Shown here in pieces: positions 9,835 to 18,543 of a stretch of DNA of 32,000 nt (positions are counted from its first letter, which is position 1; each line of letters opens with the position of its first letter). The stretch comes from Candidatus Brocadia sp. (lineage in GTDB: Bacteria; Planctomycetota; Brocadiia; Brocadiales; Brocadiaceae): contig CP091279.1 of assembly GCA_021650915.1 (NCBI GenBank), positions 930,001-962,000 of the forward strand, in the 5' to 3' direction. The notes beneath the pieces were generated by a model. That model was given only the letters and a program-made list of their open reading frames with translations. It was not told where the DNA came from and ran no database searches. The position numbers and the translations under genes are program-made.

Positions 9835-10476
9835 TTCTCCGAAATAAAAAAACCGTTATTCATCAAAGTCCATTATTTTGTCGTTGTATTATCGGCTTCA
9901 CAGGAAAATACTTAAGACTCCTATGTCTGCAAAAATGCTGATTTATTTCTCGTGCTACCGAACAAAATCGTTCCTTTTTCACAAGCCGTTGACAACCCCA
10001 TTGCCTCCTCGTTTCTCAAAGAGATTTCTCTGTCCACCGCGGTCAGGGGTGAAGGGTGTTGCAAAAACTTAAAAAAAAGATTTCGCACGGAATATGATAA
10101 TGGGTGTTTCTCCTCTTGAACATCTCTCCCTCTTGATCCTTCCACTGTTTCAGATTCTTCCGTCTCTCTTTCTTTTCTGTTTTCTTCTTCTGAGTATTTT
10201 GTTATACTTTCGCCGTTCGCCGTGATTTTACGCCCATCAGAAATGCCCCTTTTCTGATTTCAGGTGCGGGGATAACCCATCGGTTCAGGAAACCGGCGTG
10301 GAAATGTGCGGTGCGTTCAGGGCGTACATTGAGGAGCGCACCGGGTGATATGCGGATAGACGCTGATTCAGCGGGATGTGGGATATCGGGAAATGATGAA
10401 AATATGCCACCGGGAACTTTGAATCTCCGTTAGTAATAAATGAACGAAATCTAACCAAAAGAGAAGATAATTTCGT

Positions 10477-11943
10477 ATGCCGATTGAAAATATTTTATTG
10501 TGGGTCGCGATATTGATATTCGTGAGCGTCGTTTCAAGCAAGCTTTCCGATAAGTTTGGAATTCCTATCCTGTTGCTATTTTTGACAATCGGGATGCTTG
10601 CTGGCTCAGAAGGAATAGGCGGTATTTATTTTGATAATGCGAAGTTAGCCAAGTCCATTGGCGTTGTTGCCCTCATCTTTATTATTTTTTCCGGAGGACT
10701 TGATACCAACTGGAATGACACCAGATCCGTCATTTTGCCGGGCGCCGTTCTTTCGACGGTAGGGGTTTTAATGACAGCAATCTTTACCGGGTTCTTTGCC
10801 GTTTATATCCTGAAATTTTCTCTCTTGGAAGGAATGTTGCTTGGCTCCATCGTTTCTTCAACGGATGCCCCCGCTGTATTCAGCGTTTTACGGTCTAAAC
10901 GAATAAGCCTGAAGCAGCCTCTGAAGCCGCTGCTTGAGTTTGAGTCTGGCAGTAATGACCCGATGGCCATTTTTTTGACTGCCGGATTTATCAGTATCCT
11001 GTCGGCAGAAAACATGAAGATTACGGCCCTGATTCCCAGATTTATGCTGGATATGAGTGTGGGCGCTCTCATAGGTTATCTCATGGCGAGATTTATCGTA
11101 TTCTTCATTAACCGTCTGAAACTGGGATATGAAGGATTGTATCCGGTCATAATGATTTCCTTCGTACTGCTGACATATGTAATTGCGGTTTTTCTGAAAG
11201 GCAACGGGATCCTTGCGGTATATATTGCCGGTCTGATGCTGGGGAAGGCAAAGTTTCCCAATAAAAAGATAATCGTGAAATTTCACGATGGTTTAGCCTG
11301 GCTTGCGCAAATTGTAATGTTTATCATATTGGGCCTGCTTGTTTTTCCTTCACATATCACTCCCCTGATAGAGACAGGGTTTTTGCTAACATTTCTCCTC
11401 ATGGTGGTTGCTCGTCCTGTTAGTGTATTGTTATGCCTGTTGCCGTTTAACATAGATATGCGAAAGAAGCTTATGGTTGCATGGGTTGGCCTGCGCGGAT
11501 CGGTGCCGATTATCCTGGCGACATTTCCTTTTATGGCAGGTATCCCGCAGGCGGATACTATCTTCAATATCGTATTTTTAATTGTTATTGCGTCAGTTTT
11601 TATCCAGGGAACATCTATTCCGGCCCTTTCTAAAATACTGAAGCAGGACGTTCCCCTGGCTAACAAGATGAATTATCCCATTGAATTTGAAAAGACAGCG
11701 GCTTTCGATGCCGAAATGATCGACGTTATTGTTCCATTTGACTCGGAAGTGGTGGGTAAGAGGATCAGCGATTTAGACATTCCGGAAAAATGTCTTATCA
11801 TGCTTATTAGCCGGGCAGGTAAATTTGTCATACCATCGGGAGATATGGTTATTGAAAGCAGCGACGTCTTATTGGTACTGGCAAATACGGCTGATTTTTT
11901 GGTTTTTCAACAAATGCTGGCGCGTCTTAAAAAAGACGGGTAA
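10477..11943 (+). CDS. potassium/proton antiporter, CPA1 family (NhaP2/CvrA-like) with C-terminal TrkA-C/RCK_C domain
   Basis: 488-aa ORF with about 12 hydrophobic segments. Conserved SSTDAPAV and ESGSNDPMA exchanger motifs. Soluble C-terminal ~90 aa (VVGKRISDLDIPEKCLIMLISRAGKFVIPSGDMVIESSDVLLVL). Confidence 0.9.
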   Translation: MPIENILLWVAILIFVSVVSSKLSDKFGIPILLLFLTIGMLAGSEGIGGIYFDNAKLAKSIGVVALIFIIFSGGLDTNWNDTRSVILPGAVLSTVGVLMTAIFTGFFAVYILKFSLLEGMLLGSIVSSTDAPAVFSVLRSKRISLKQPLKPLLEFESGSNDPMAIFLTAGFISILSAENMKITALIPRFMLDMSVGALIGYLMARFIVFFINRLKLGYEGLYPVIMISFVLLTYVIAVFLKGNGILAVYIAGLMLGKAKFPNKKIIVKFHDGLAWLAQIVMFIILGLLVFPSHITPLIETGFLLTFLLMVVARPVSVLLCLLPFNIDMRKKLMVAWVGLRGSVPIILATFPFMAGIPQADTIFNIVFLIVIASVFIQGTSIPALSKILKQDVPLANKMNYPIEFEKTAAFDAEMIDVIVPFDSEVVGKRISDLDIPEKCLIMLISRAGKFVIPSGDMVIESSDVLLVLANTADFLVFQQMLARLKKDG

Positions 11944-12038
11944 TCAGATCGGCTTACCTTTACACGGTAAAAGAGCCAGGAAATATTATGAAACGCACAT
12001 CATACTACAGGGAAAATATAAGGCGACAAGTGCCGTTT

Positions 12039-12758
12039 TTATGACCCCTGCGTCCTTACCAGCAGATCAACGATGAGTCTGAATTCGTCACTGGTGAACC
12101 AGTCTTTATGAAATTTTTCTCTGGCAAGCACACGCATAGCAACAACACAGTCCTCCCAACCCTTCCGGGATTTTCGCTCTAAAAGTATCCTGCCCGCTTC
12201 GTGACAGACAAGGCATTTTTCCACCATGATCCGGGCAGCCACGTCGTCTCTCAGCAATTTTCCCCTTTCTGCGAGATACCCGGTTAGGAGTGGAATGTCT
12301 TCATCCAGGAATAATTCTGGTGCATTTTCACGCATCCGGAGGATCGTTTCCTGCCACTCTTCTCCAGTCTTGTTTTGCTTCAGGATCCTGGTCATGGTAT
12401 GACACTTTGTGCATCGGTCAATAAAAAGCACATGGACGTCTTCATATTTTTTTGGCTGGGCTGTTATCGCGGTCATGTCCTTTCTTCCATGGACGATTTC
12501 GCCAACGATCCGTTCACCCTCCTGATCGGTAATCCACAACGGGCTTTTCCCCATCATTTGCGTAACACACATCCGCCACTCATTTTCCGTTTTAGGCGCT
12601 GAAAATATTCGTTCAAGGGTATGACATTTTGAGCATTTTTCTTCATATAAAAATTGCGGCGCTTTATATTGATATTTCTCCTGTGCCTCTTGTGTCTGTC
12701 CGTAAACGTTAAAAGATACGATAAACACGAAACACAAAAACAATAGATTTCTTGCCAT
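12039..12758 (-). CDS. secreted tri-haem c-type cytochrome-like protein (three tandem ~60-aa modules each with CxxCH)
   Basis: N-terminal signal peptide MARNLLFLCFVFIVSFNVYGQ. Three CxxCH motifs (CSKCH, CTKCH, CLVCH), each in a repeated context ending in W-x-x-C/T...M. Confidence 0.7.
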   Translation of the reverse strand: MARNLLFLCFVFIVSFNVYGQTQEAQEKYQYKAPQFLYEEKCSKCHTLERIFSAPKTENEWRMCVTQMMGKSPLWITDQEGERIVGEIVHGRKDMTAITAQPKKYEDVHVLFIDRCTKCHTMTRILKQNKTGEEWQETILRMRENAPELFLDEDIPLLTGYLAERGKLLRDDVAARIMVEKCLVCHEAGRILLERKSRKGWEDCVVAMRVLAREKFHKDWFTSDEFRLIVDLLVRTQGS

Positions 12759-13026
12759 AATCTCTTCTCCTGCGTTTATAGGATGCTTATATTCATTAAT
12801 AAAAGGGTTTTAGAGAAACTCAGGTATTATTCTTTCAACACATAAACTATTATTATATACCCGATACAGCAAGGTAGCAACAAAATTGACACACCGCTTT
12901 ATCAGCGCCGTTTGGATAATTTCTCCTTCTTTGTTTCAATAGCAATGAAGGCGTTTATAGTATATGATACCTTTTGTGCCCACTTTTGAAGCAGCGAAAA
13001 TTACCATTGAAGAGGAAGCAGCAGTT

Positions 13027-14001
13027 ATGAAAAAAACCCTTGTTTCCGGAAACCATACGCGAAAAATTAGATTGGGCATCAGCTCTTGCTTACTCGGCGA
13101 AAAAGTGCGCTATGACGGTGCTCACAAGCTCGACCGTTTTATAACGGACACCCTTGGGCAATACTTCGAGTGGATACCGGTTTGTCCTGAATGTGAATAC
13201 GGCCTGCCCGTCCCGCGGGAACCCTTGCGCCTGGTGGGAAGACCGGAATCCCCGCGACTCATCACCATCAAGACCGGCATCGACCATACGGAAAAAATGC
13301 TGCAATGGACAGAGAAAAAACTCACGGAATTAGAGCAACGCAATCTCTGCGGTTTCATCTTTAAGAGCAAATCCCCCAGTTCTGGCATTGCGGGGGTTAA
13401 GGTATATAAGCCGTCAGGCGTGCCCAGTCAGCGCGGAGTCGGCATCTTTGGCGGCGCCTTCATGAAACGTTTCCCGCTCACCCCGGTCATCGATGACGTA
13501 CGTCTCCACAACCCGCAGTTAAGGAAAAATTTTATTGAGGGTGTTTGTGTCTTTCAGCGATGGCAGGAGCTGCTGAAATCCCGGGATATTAACGACCTGG
13601 TCGGGTTTCACACCAGCCATAAACTCCTCATGCTGGCGCATAGTCCCAGGCATTACGCATTGCTTGGCCAACTCGTGGCAGATGCAAAAGGGGTAAAGAG
13701 GAAAGACTTGTATGCCTCATATATTCAGGGTTTCATGGAAGGCATGAGGCTACTTGCGACACCAGCGAAGAACGCAAACGTCCTGATGCGCATTGCCGGA
13801 TATCTTAAAAAATTCATAACAGCGGATGAAAAGCAGGAACTCCTTGAGGTTATCGAAAACTATCGCCAGTGCCTTGTCCCCTTAATCGTCCCCGTTACCC
13901 TGGTGAAACATTACGCGAGAAAATACCGAATTGTTTATTTGGAAAAACAGCGCTACCTCAATCCCCACCCCGTGGAACTGATGCCGCAAAACCATGTCTA
14001 G
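13027..14001 (+). CDS. DUF523 + DUF1722 (YbgA-family) fusion protein
   Basis: RLGISSCLLGEKVRYDGAHK is the DUF523 signature; the C-terminal half resembles YbgA/DUF1722. The ORF opens at 12964; ATG 13027, preceded by GAGGAA, is the preferred start. Confidence 0.75.
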   Translation: MKKTLVSGNHTRKIRLGISSCLLGEKVRYDGAHKLDRFITDTLGQYFEWIPVCPECEYGLPVPREPLRLVGRPESPRLITIKTGIDHTEKMLQWTEKKLTELEQRNLCGFIFKSKSPSSGIAGVKVYKPSGVPSQRGVGIFGGAFMKRFPLTPVIDDVRLHNPQLRKNFIEGVCVFQRWQELLKSRDINDLVGFHTSHKLLMLAHSPRHYALLGQLVADAKGVKRKDLYASYIQGFMEGMRLLATPAKNANVLMRIAGYLKKFITADEKQELLEVIENYRQCLVPLIVPVTLVKHYARKYRIVYLEKQRYLNPHPVELMPQNHV

Positions 14002-14044
14002 CCTGGTTGTCTGACCCGCCATACGGAAATAGCTTTGTCCCTGC

Positions 14045-17000
14045 TCATATCTTCCACCGGTAAAAGGAAAGCGAGCCGTTTTCAAGCGCCCATTTCTTCA
14101 GCACGATGGTCTGGACATAGAGGTCTTCCTTCATCGACAACGTGCCCTGAGCGCCCTTTTTCTCCATTTCTGACTCAAACTGGTCGATGAATTTCCTGAC
14201 GGCATCCTTTTCCAGATGGAGGCCCCTTTCCGTCTCGACAAAATCTTCCCGGCCAACAACCTTCAGGTTGATCAGGCGTATAATAAACCGGTCAATCCGC
14301 GCCCTGAACAGCTCTTCAATGTCGCACACAAGGGATTCATAGTTATCCTGCGGACTGTGCAAAAAACCCAGGTACGGATTCAGGCCAACCGCCCTCACCG
14401 TGGCATTGATACGGGAGAAGAGGAGGTAATAGCCCAGGTTCAGCAGGGAATTCATGCGGTCGGGACTCCGCCGGTCTCTCTTCTGAAGGGCAAAGGCATC
14501 GTCATCGATAAAGTTATTCAGCCTCTGGTAAATCTTCTTTGCCGCCGCCCCTTCCAGGCCGCGCACCTGCGCAACGTCACCTGCCTGATGCATCTGGCAG
14601 ATCACCCCTTCGAGTTCGCCGATAAACCGGTACTGCTCCTTGCGAAACCGCTGCTGAAAAAGGGCCAGGTAATTCTGCAGCTTGCCTGCGGCAAATTCCT
14701 TTGCAATACAGAGCAATTCGGTCTCAGAGAGTGAATAATACTTCCTCCCGTGTTCGTAAGAGACATCATAGTATTTTTTGGAATCCGGCTTCACCGTTGT
14801 GATGTAATACCCTGAGCCCAGCGCAATGGTGAGCGGGATATTGCCCTCCGTGCATTTCCTCAGCAGGGCGGTGGAAAATACGGTCTTTTCCATGACCATG
14901 ATCTCGCTGATCCGCCGCAACGGAATGGTCTCCACCACCTTCCTGTTCTTGCAAAGGTCAACGGCATCGCCATTCAGCGATAAAAACAGATACGGCTCTA
15001 CAATATATAATGGCTTCCGCAGCAGCTTCACGTCATCCTCGCCCTCCACCAGAACCGCAGACCTCTCGAACCGTATCCCCAGAAAATGAAACCCATCCCT
15101 GAGTGACCGAATAGCAGTCTTTTCTTTTTTTATCTTCAACCCCAACGTTGAAAGATACGACTCGGTATCCGATAAAACACCCTCTGCCTCTTCCTTCGTC
15201 CTGGTCAAAATAATAAAGTCATCTGCATACCGTATCAGCTTTACACCACGGGACGCATTGCCGCCTGCCGTCTTGTTTCCTGCGCCTCCCTTCGCATGGT
15301 CAGTCCCGGCATCCTCGTCGTGGCTGGCCAGACCCCACCGCTTTATCTGTTCGTCAAAGGAGTCCAGATAAAGGTTTGCAAGGATGGGGGAAAGCGGGCC
15401 GCCCTGGGCAAGCCCCTTTCTGCGTTCGTAATACGTGCCGTTCAGGATAAACCCGTTTCTTATCAATTTCAGCAGGATGTTTTTTAGGCAGACGTCATTC
15501 TGCGGAATAGAGCAGTCGAGCAGGTGTTCCAAAATATCCAGGTCCACGGATGGGAAAAAGTCCTCGATATCCGACTCGATCACGCACTGATAACCTTCGG
15601 CAATGGCGGACTGAATCATCCCGATAGACCGCTGTCGTGAGACCCCTTTTCTGAATCCAATGGATTCCGCTTCAAAAAAGCGGTCAAACACCGTTGAGAT
15701 GACCTTTAAAAGGTATTGCTGCACGATCAAATCCCGGAACGATAGCTGCTCAACGACCCGATCGACACCGCTCTTCTTCTTGATGGTAAAGGCAATGTGA
15801 GGGGTGGGCAGATAGCCATTACTGACGATGAGCTGAAAGAGATTCTCTGCGTACTGGTTTTCATCAAACGGGTACTTTTCCGTTTCCGACAGCGCCTGCA
15901 GCGCATGGTCATACCGGTTAATGACGTCGCGGATGACTGACACGATGATCTTCTTGTTGGGAAAGAAGGACTGAAAATATCCCGGCGACTCCTTGTGCAG
16001 GAGATAATATCCCTGGGAATTGGAGAGCTTTGTCCCGGCATGCACCTCGCTTCCCAGCAGCAAAAATGGCAGGAAATCCCTGAAACAACCCTTTATATAG
16101 AGCTTCCCCACGCAGCCATTGATGTATTGTGTCTGCCCCGGTTGGGACAGGGATGAGTGCCTGATCTCCGTGTAATTCCAGTAATACGGAAGGAGGGAAA
16201 ACCGGTCATCCTGACCGCGGTAAACGATCTCCCTGCCAAACAACCGTGAAAATCTCTTTTCCAGCGACCTGATAAATGCAGTCCTGGCAAGATAGGTGCG
16301 TGCCTTGCCCTTCTCCGGTTTAAAGGGAAAGGGGGTCAGAAATTCCAGACAGATTTCCCCTTCGTCCGGCAGGTTATCCGCCTCCCCGGCAAGCTGGCCA
16401 AAACTCCGTTCCTCAACGTCTCCCAGGGTAACTACCTCAAAATTCCTGCCCGTTACCGGGTCGGACAGGTACGCCTGAAAGGCGTCCCTCCATTGCCTGA
16501 CGTACCCATGCCCTTTTCTGAAAAAAAAGATATCCAGGGACACCTTTTCATACTCGCGCATCTTCAGGCTGTGCCTCCTGCCCCTGGCATGGAAGATAAT
16601 CAGCGGTTCACGGGCTTCTTCCCCTTTCTTGCCCCGGGGAGACTCACCGTCCGTTTCACCGTGTTGGGTTTCCCCGGCAGGCGACGTCTCCCGGGGTAGT
16701 GGTTCGGCGTCTCCTTCCGCCCCCCCTGTCCGTTCCTCACCAGGAACGGGAGAAAGATCCCCTGTCAACTCAGGAGACTCGTTCCCCATCAAAGGAGCCG
16801 GGGCAGGACGTGGGCATGCTGACGCTGCCGGGGATTCCTTATTGGGTAATAATGCGGCTGCGGAGGGCGATACAGGCAGGAGAGAGACCCCCTTCATGAT
16901 TGCCTGGAAGACGGAAAAGGGGTGTGCGGACATTGCCGGCAATGAACGGATATTCATTACCGTTGCCGACAGGCGATGCCAGCGCAGGTCTGAAAGGGGA

Positions 17001-17095
17001 TGCGCATCCTTTGCATTCACGGGTACCTTACTCCTCATACAACAGAAGCATTCATGAAGTTGCCGCCCGGCTGCAACGATCAGTAAAAGAGACAA
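14045..17095 (-). CDS. cas1: Cas6-like / reverse transcriptase / Cas1 fusion protein (type III adaptation enzyme)
   Basis: RT motifs: SDIEDFFPSVD, GLAQGGPLSPILANLYLD, LIRYADDFIILT and FHFLGIRF. Cas1 motifs: RGLEGAAAKKIY, NSLLNLGYYLL and GLNPYLGFLHSPQDNYESLVCDIEELFR. N-terminal RAMP-like region ends in the G-rich loop HAGTKLSNSQGYY. Start is uncertain: the conserved part begins near 16600 and ATG 16561 is an alternative. Confidence 0.9.
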   Translation of the reverse strand: MSLLLIVAAGRQLHECFCCMRSKVPVNAKDAHPLSDLRWHRLSATVMNIRSLPAMSAHPFSVFQAIMKGVSLLPVSPSAAALLPNKESPAASACPRPAPAPLMGNESPELTGDLSPVPGEERTGGAEGDAEPLPRETSPAGETQHGETDGESPRGKKGEEAREPLIIFHARGRRHSLKMREYEKVSLDIFFFRKGHGYVRQWRDAFQAYLSDPVTGRNFEVVTLGDVEERSFGQLAGEADNLPDEGEICLEFLTPFPFKPEKGKARTYLARTAFIRSLEKRFSRLFGREIVYRGQDDRFSLLPYYWNYTEIRHSSLSQPGQTQYINGCVGKLYIKGCFRDFLPFLLLGSEVHAGTKLSNSQGYYLLHKESPGYFQSFFPNKKIIVSVIRDVINRYDHALQALSETEKYPFDENQYAENLFQLIVSNGYLPTPHIAFTIKKKSGVDRVVEQLSFRDLIVQQYLLKVISTVFDRFFEAESIGFRKGVSRQRSIGMIQSAIAEGYQCVIESDIEDFFPSVDLDILEHLLDCSIPQNDVCLKNILLKLIRNGFILNGTYYERRKGLAQGGPLSPILANLYLDSFDEQIKRWGLASHDEDAGTDHAKGGAGNKTAGGNASRGVKLIRYADDFIILTRTKEEAEGVLSDTESYLSTLGLKIKKEKTAIRSLRDGFHFLGIRFERSAVLVEGEDDVKLLRKPLYIVEPYLFLSLNGDAVDLCKNRKVVETIPLRRISEIMVMEKTVFSTALLRKCTEGNIPLTIALGSGYYITTVKPDSKKYYDVSYEHGRKYYSLSETELLCIAKEFAAGKLQNYLALFQQRFRKEQYRFIGELEGVICQMHQAGDVAQVRGLEGAAAKKIYQRLNNFIDDDAFALQKRDRRSPDRMNSLLNLGYYLLFSRINATVRAVGLNPYLGFLHSPQDNYESLVCDIEELFRARIDRFIIRLINLKVVGREDFVETERGLHLEKDAVRKFIDQFESEMEKKGAQGTLSMKEDLYVQTIVLKKWALENGSLSFYRWKI

Positions 17096-17140
17096 GAAGT
17101 TACCACATCCCGCGTATCCTTGTACAGAAAAAATTGCAGA

Positions 17141-17366
17141 TCACAGCAAAGCCGCAGCCAATTCTCCGCTGAGAAAGCAGGAGATTGCTTCGGACAAGAC
17201 CCTCGCAATGACAATGGGCAGTATGTCCTTGATGACATACTGCCCATTGCGAGCGAAGCGAAGCAATCCTTCTCTTATAAACAAACGGTACCCTTCTGAT
17301 AAGGGGTAAATAGGGTTGCAAACAACCTTACAAAAAAAGCGCCTTTTTACACAGCAATATTATACC
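17141..17366 (+). repeat. family 1 hairpin repeat copy
   Basis: Aligns with the other three copies. Sits immediately upstream of the Cas6-RT-Cas1 ORF. Confidence 0.75.
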
Positions 17367-17500
17367 GTTATGCAATCATGGTTAACCCCATAGGGGTGGC
17401 ATAGCATCGTTCTTTTACCAATATTTCACCCCTGCGGGGTTGAATATCGTGGTGCGTTTTTTCCTACAATCATGTCATCCCTTCGGGATTTTTCAAAAAA
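17367..17500 (+). repeat. family 3 repeat (AACCCC-N-AGGGGTG...CACCCCTGCGGGGTT long hairpin followed by ATCCCTTCGGGATTTTT)
   Basis: Near-identical second copy at 21257-21388. Confidence 0.7.
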
Positions 17501-17704
17501 CTAAATTGTTACGATAAATCCAGTCTTAATATGCAGTCCTTCCAGTCGCCCGATCAATTCGTCCCTCCCCCTCTTATTCAGCCTGCATTCAAAGACGCTC
17601 TTCTGCACCCAAAACCCGAACCCCTTCAGTACCTTATCCACCCTCTCCCGTTTCGCGTCGGAGGTGATGTCATACACCACGGCATAGTCAGATATCCCTT
17701 TCAT
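17501..17704 (-). pseudogene. cas2: 3'-truncated second copy of cas2 (67 codons)
   Basis: About 195 bp (17514-17709) differ at only 4 positions from 20944-21141. Homology to full-length cas2 ends after ...HIKTGFI, where family 3 repeat sequence takes over. Confidence 0.8.
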
Positions 17705-17766
17705 AGATTTTCAACGTCCCCCCGTCTGGTTCAATCGTGGACGATTGAACCAGCCAGGTTCGTGAT

Positions 17767-17785
17767 TTAACCCTGACAGGGTTAA
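17767..17785 (-). terminator. REP-like hairpin TTAACCCTGACAGGGTTAA downstream of vapC (possible terminator or RNA-stabilising hairpin)
   Basis: Perfect palindrome. The same motif follows nrn-like (21488-21502) and cmr4 (25410-25442). A second 12-bp-stem hairpin lies at 17726-17753. Confidence 0.35.
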
Positions 17786-17833
17786 TTGTTTCAATAGTTT
17801 AATGAATAGTAAAAATGGCCTTGACCAGCAAAA

Positions 17834-18250
17834 CTATCGAATCCAAAGGAAAGCGACCTCACCCTTTTTATCAAGAGTGTCGAACTCATGGTGGTCTGCC
17901 GTCATGATTCTTGCGCCTCTCGTCTTTGCCTCTGCAAGGGCGAGTGAATCGGCAAGAGATATTCTGTAAATTGCTTTTAACCTTCCTGCCTCTTTAAACA
18001 CAGCATCTTCCAACGTATCAATTGTTTGTAGTGGCAACGCCAGTATCTTGCTGAGGATTCCTTCAGCTTTGCCCTTGCCTTCTTCACGAAACACTCCGTA
18101 ATAAACCTCAGGCATGTTTATCTTGTTCATGTAAACGACACACTCTTCTTCGAACGCTTTTAAGAGTATGGCCTCAACTTTATCTGAGCCATCTTCATCA
18201 TTCAAAAAAGCAATAAGGGCACAGGCATCCAACACAAAGGCGTCTTTCAT
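17834..18250 (-). CDS. vapC: PIN-domain toxin (VapC family)
   Basis: 138 aa. N-terminal FVLDACALIAFL with a conserved acidic residue. TAATG one-base overlap with the upstream antitoxin ORF. Confidence 0.85.
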   Translation of the reverse strand: MKDAFVLDACALIAFLNDEDGSDKVEAILLKAFEEECVVYMNKINMPEVYYGVFREEGKGKAEGILSKILALPLQTIDTLEDAVFKEAGRLKAIYRISLADSLALAEAKTRGARIMTADHHEFDTLDKKGEVAFLWIR

Positions 18251-18468
18251 TATTCCAGTTCCTTTTCTTCTTTTTTCAGTCTCATATATTTTTCAGAAGA
18301 AAAATGGCTGCCTTTTAAGGAACCTCTTGCGTTCTTAATTTGGTTTTCTATTGGTTTTATCAGAATTCCTTCTTTTGTTTCGATAAATTCAACCTCTTTT
18401 CCTTTTAGCTTTCTTGCTATTTCTTCCGGAAGATTCAATCGATCTGATTTTATTACAAGAGTTTTCAT
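18250..18468 (-). CDS. vapB: AbrB/SpoVT-type antitoxin (VapB-like)
   Basis: MKTLVIKSDRLNLPEEIARKLKGKEVEFIETKEGILIKP resembles a swapped-hairpin antitoxin fold. The ORF is open from 18510; ATG 18468 is preferred. Confidence 0.7.
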   Translation of the reverse strand: MKTLVIKSDRLNLPEEIARKLKGKEVEFIETKEGILIKPIENQIKNARGSLKGSHFSSEKYMRLKKEEKELE

Positions 18469-18543
18469 GCCTGTAACCTTTCTAAGCGTAAAGTTAATAA
18501 AAGTATCCAATTATATTAACATTATGGTAAGTCTGTATCAAGT

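Noticed and set aside
17476-17500. ATCCCTTCGGGATTTTT in the family 3 repeats as the terminator of a neighbouring gene
   Set aside because: The T-run follows the stem only on the plus strand, whereas all adjacent genes are on the minus strand. It is kept only as part of the repeat description.
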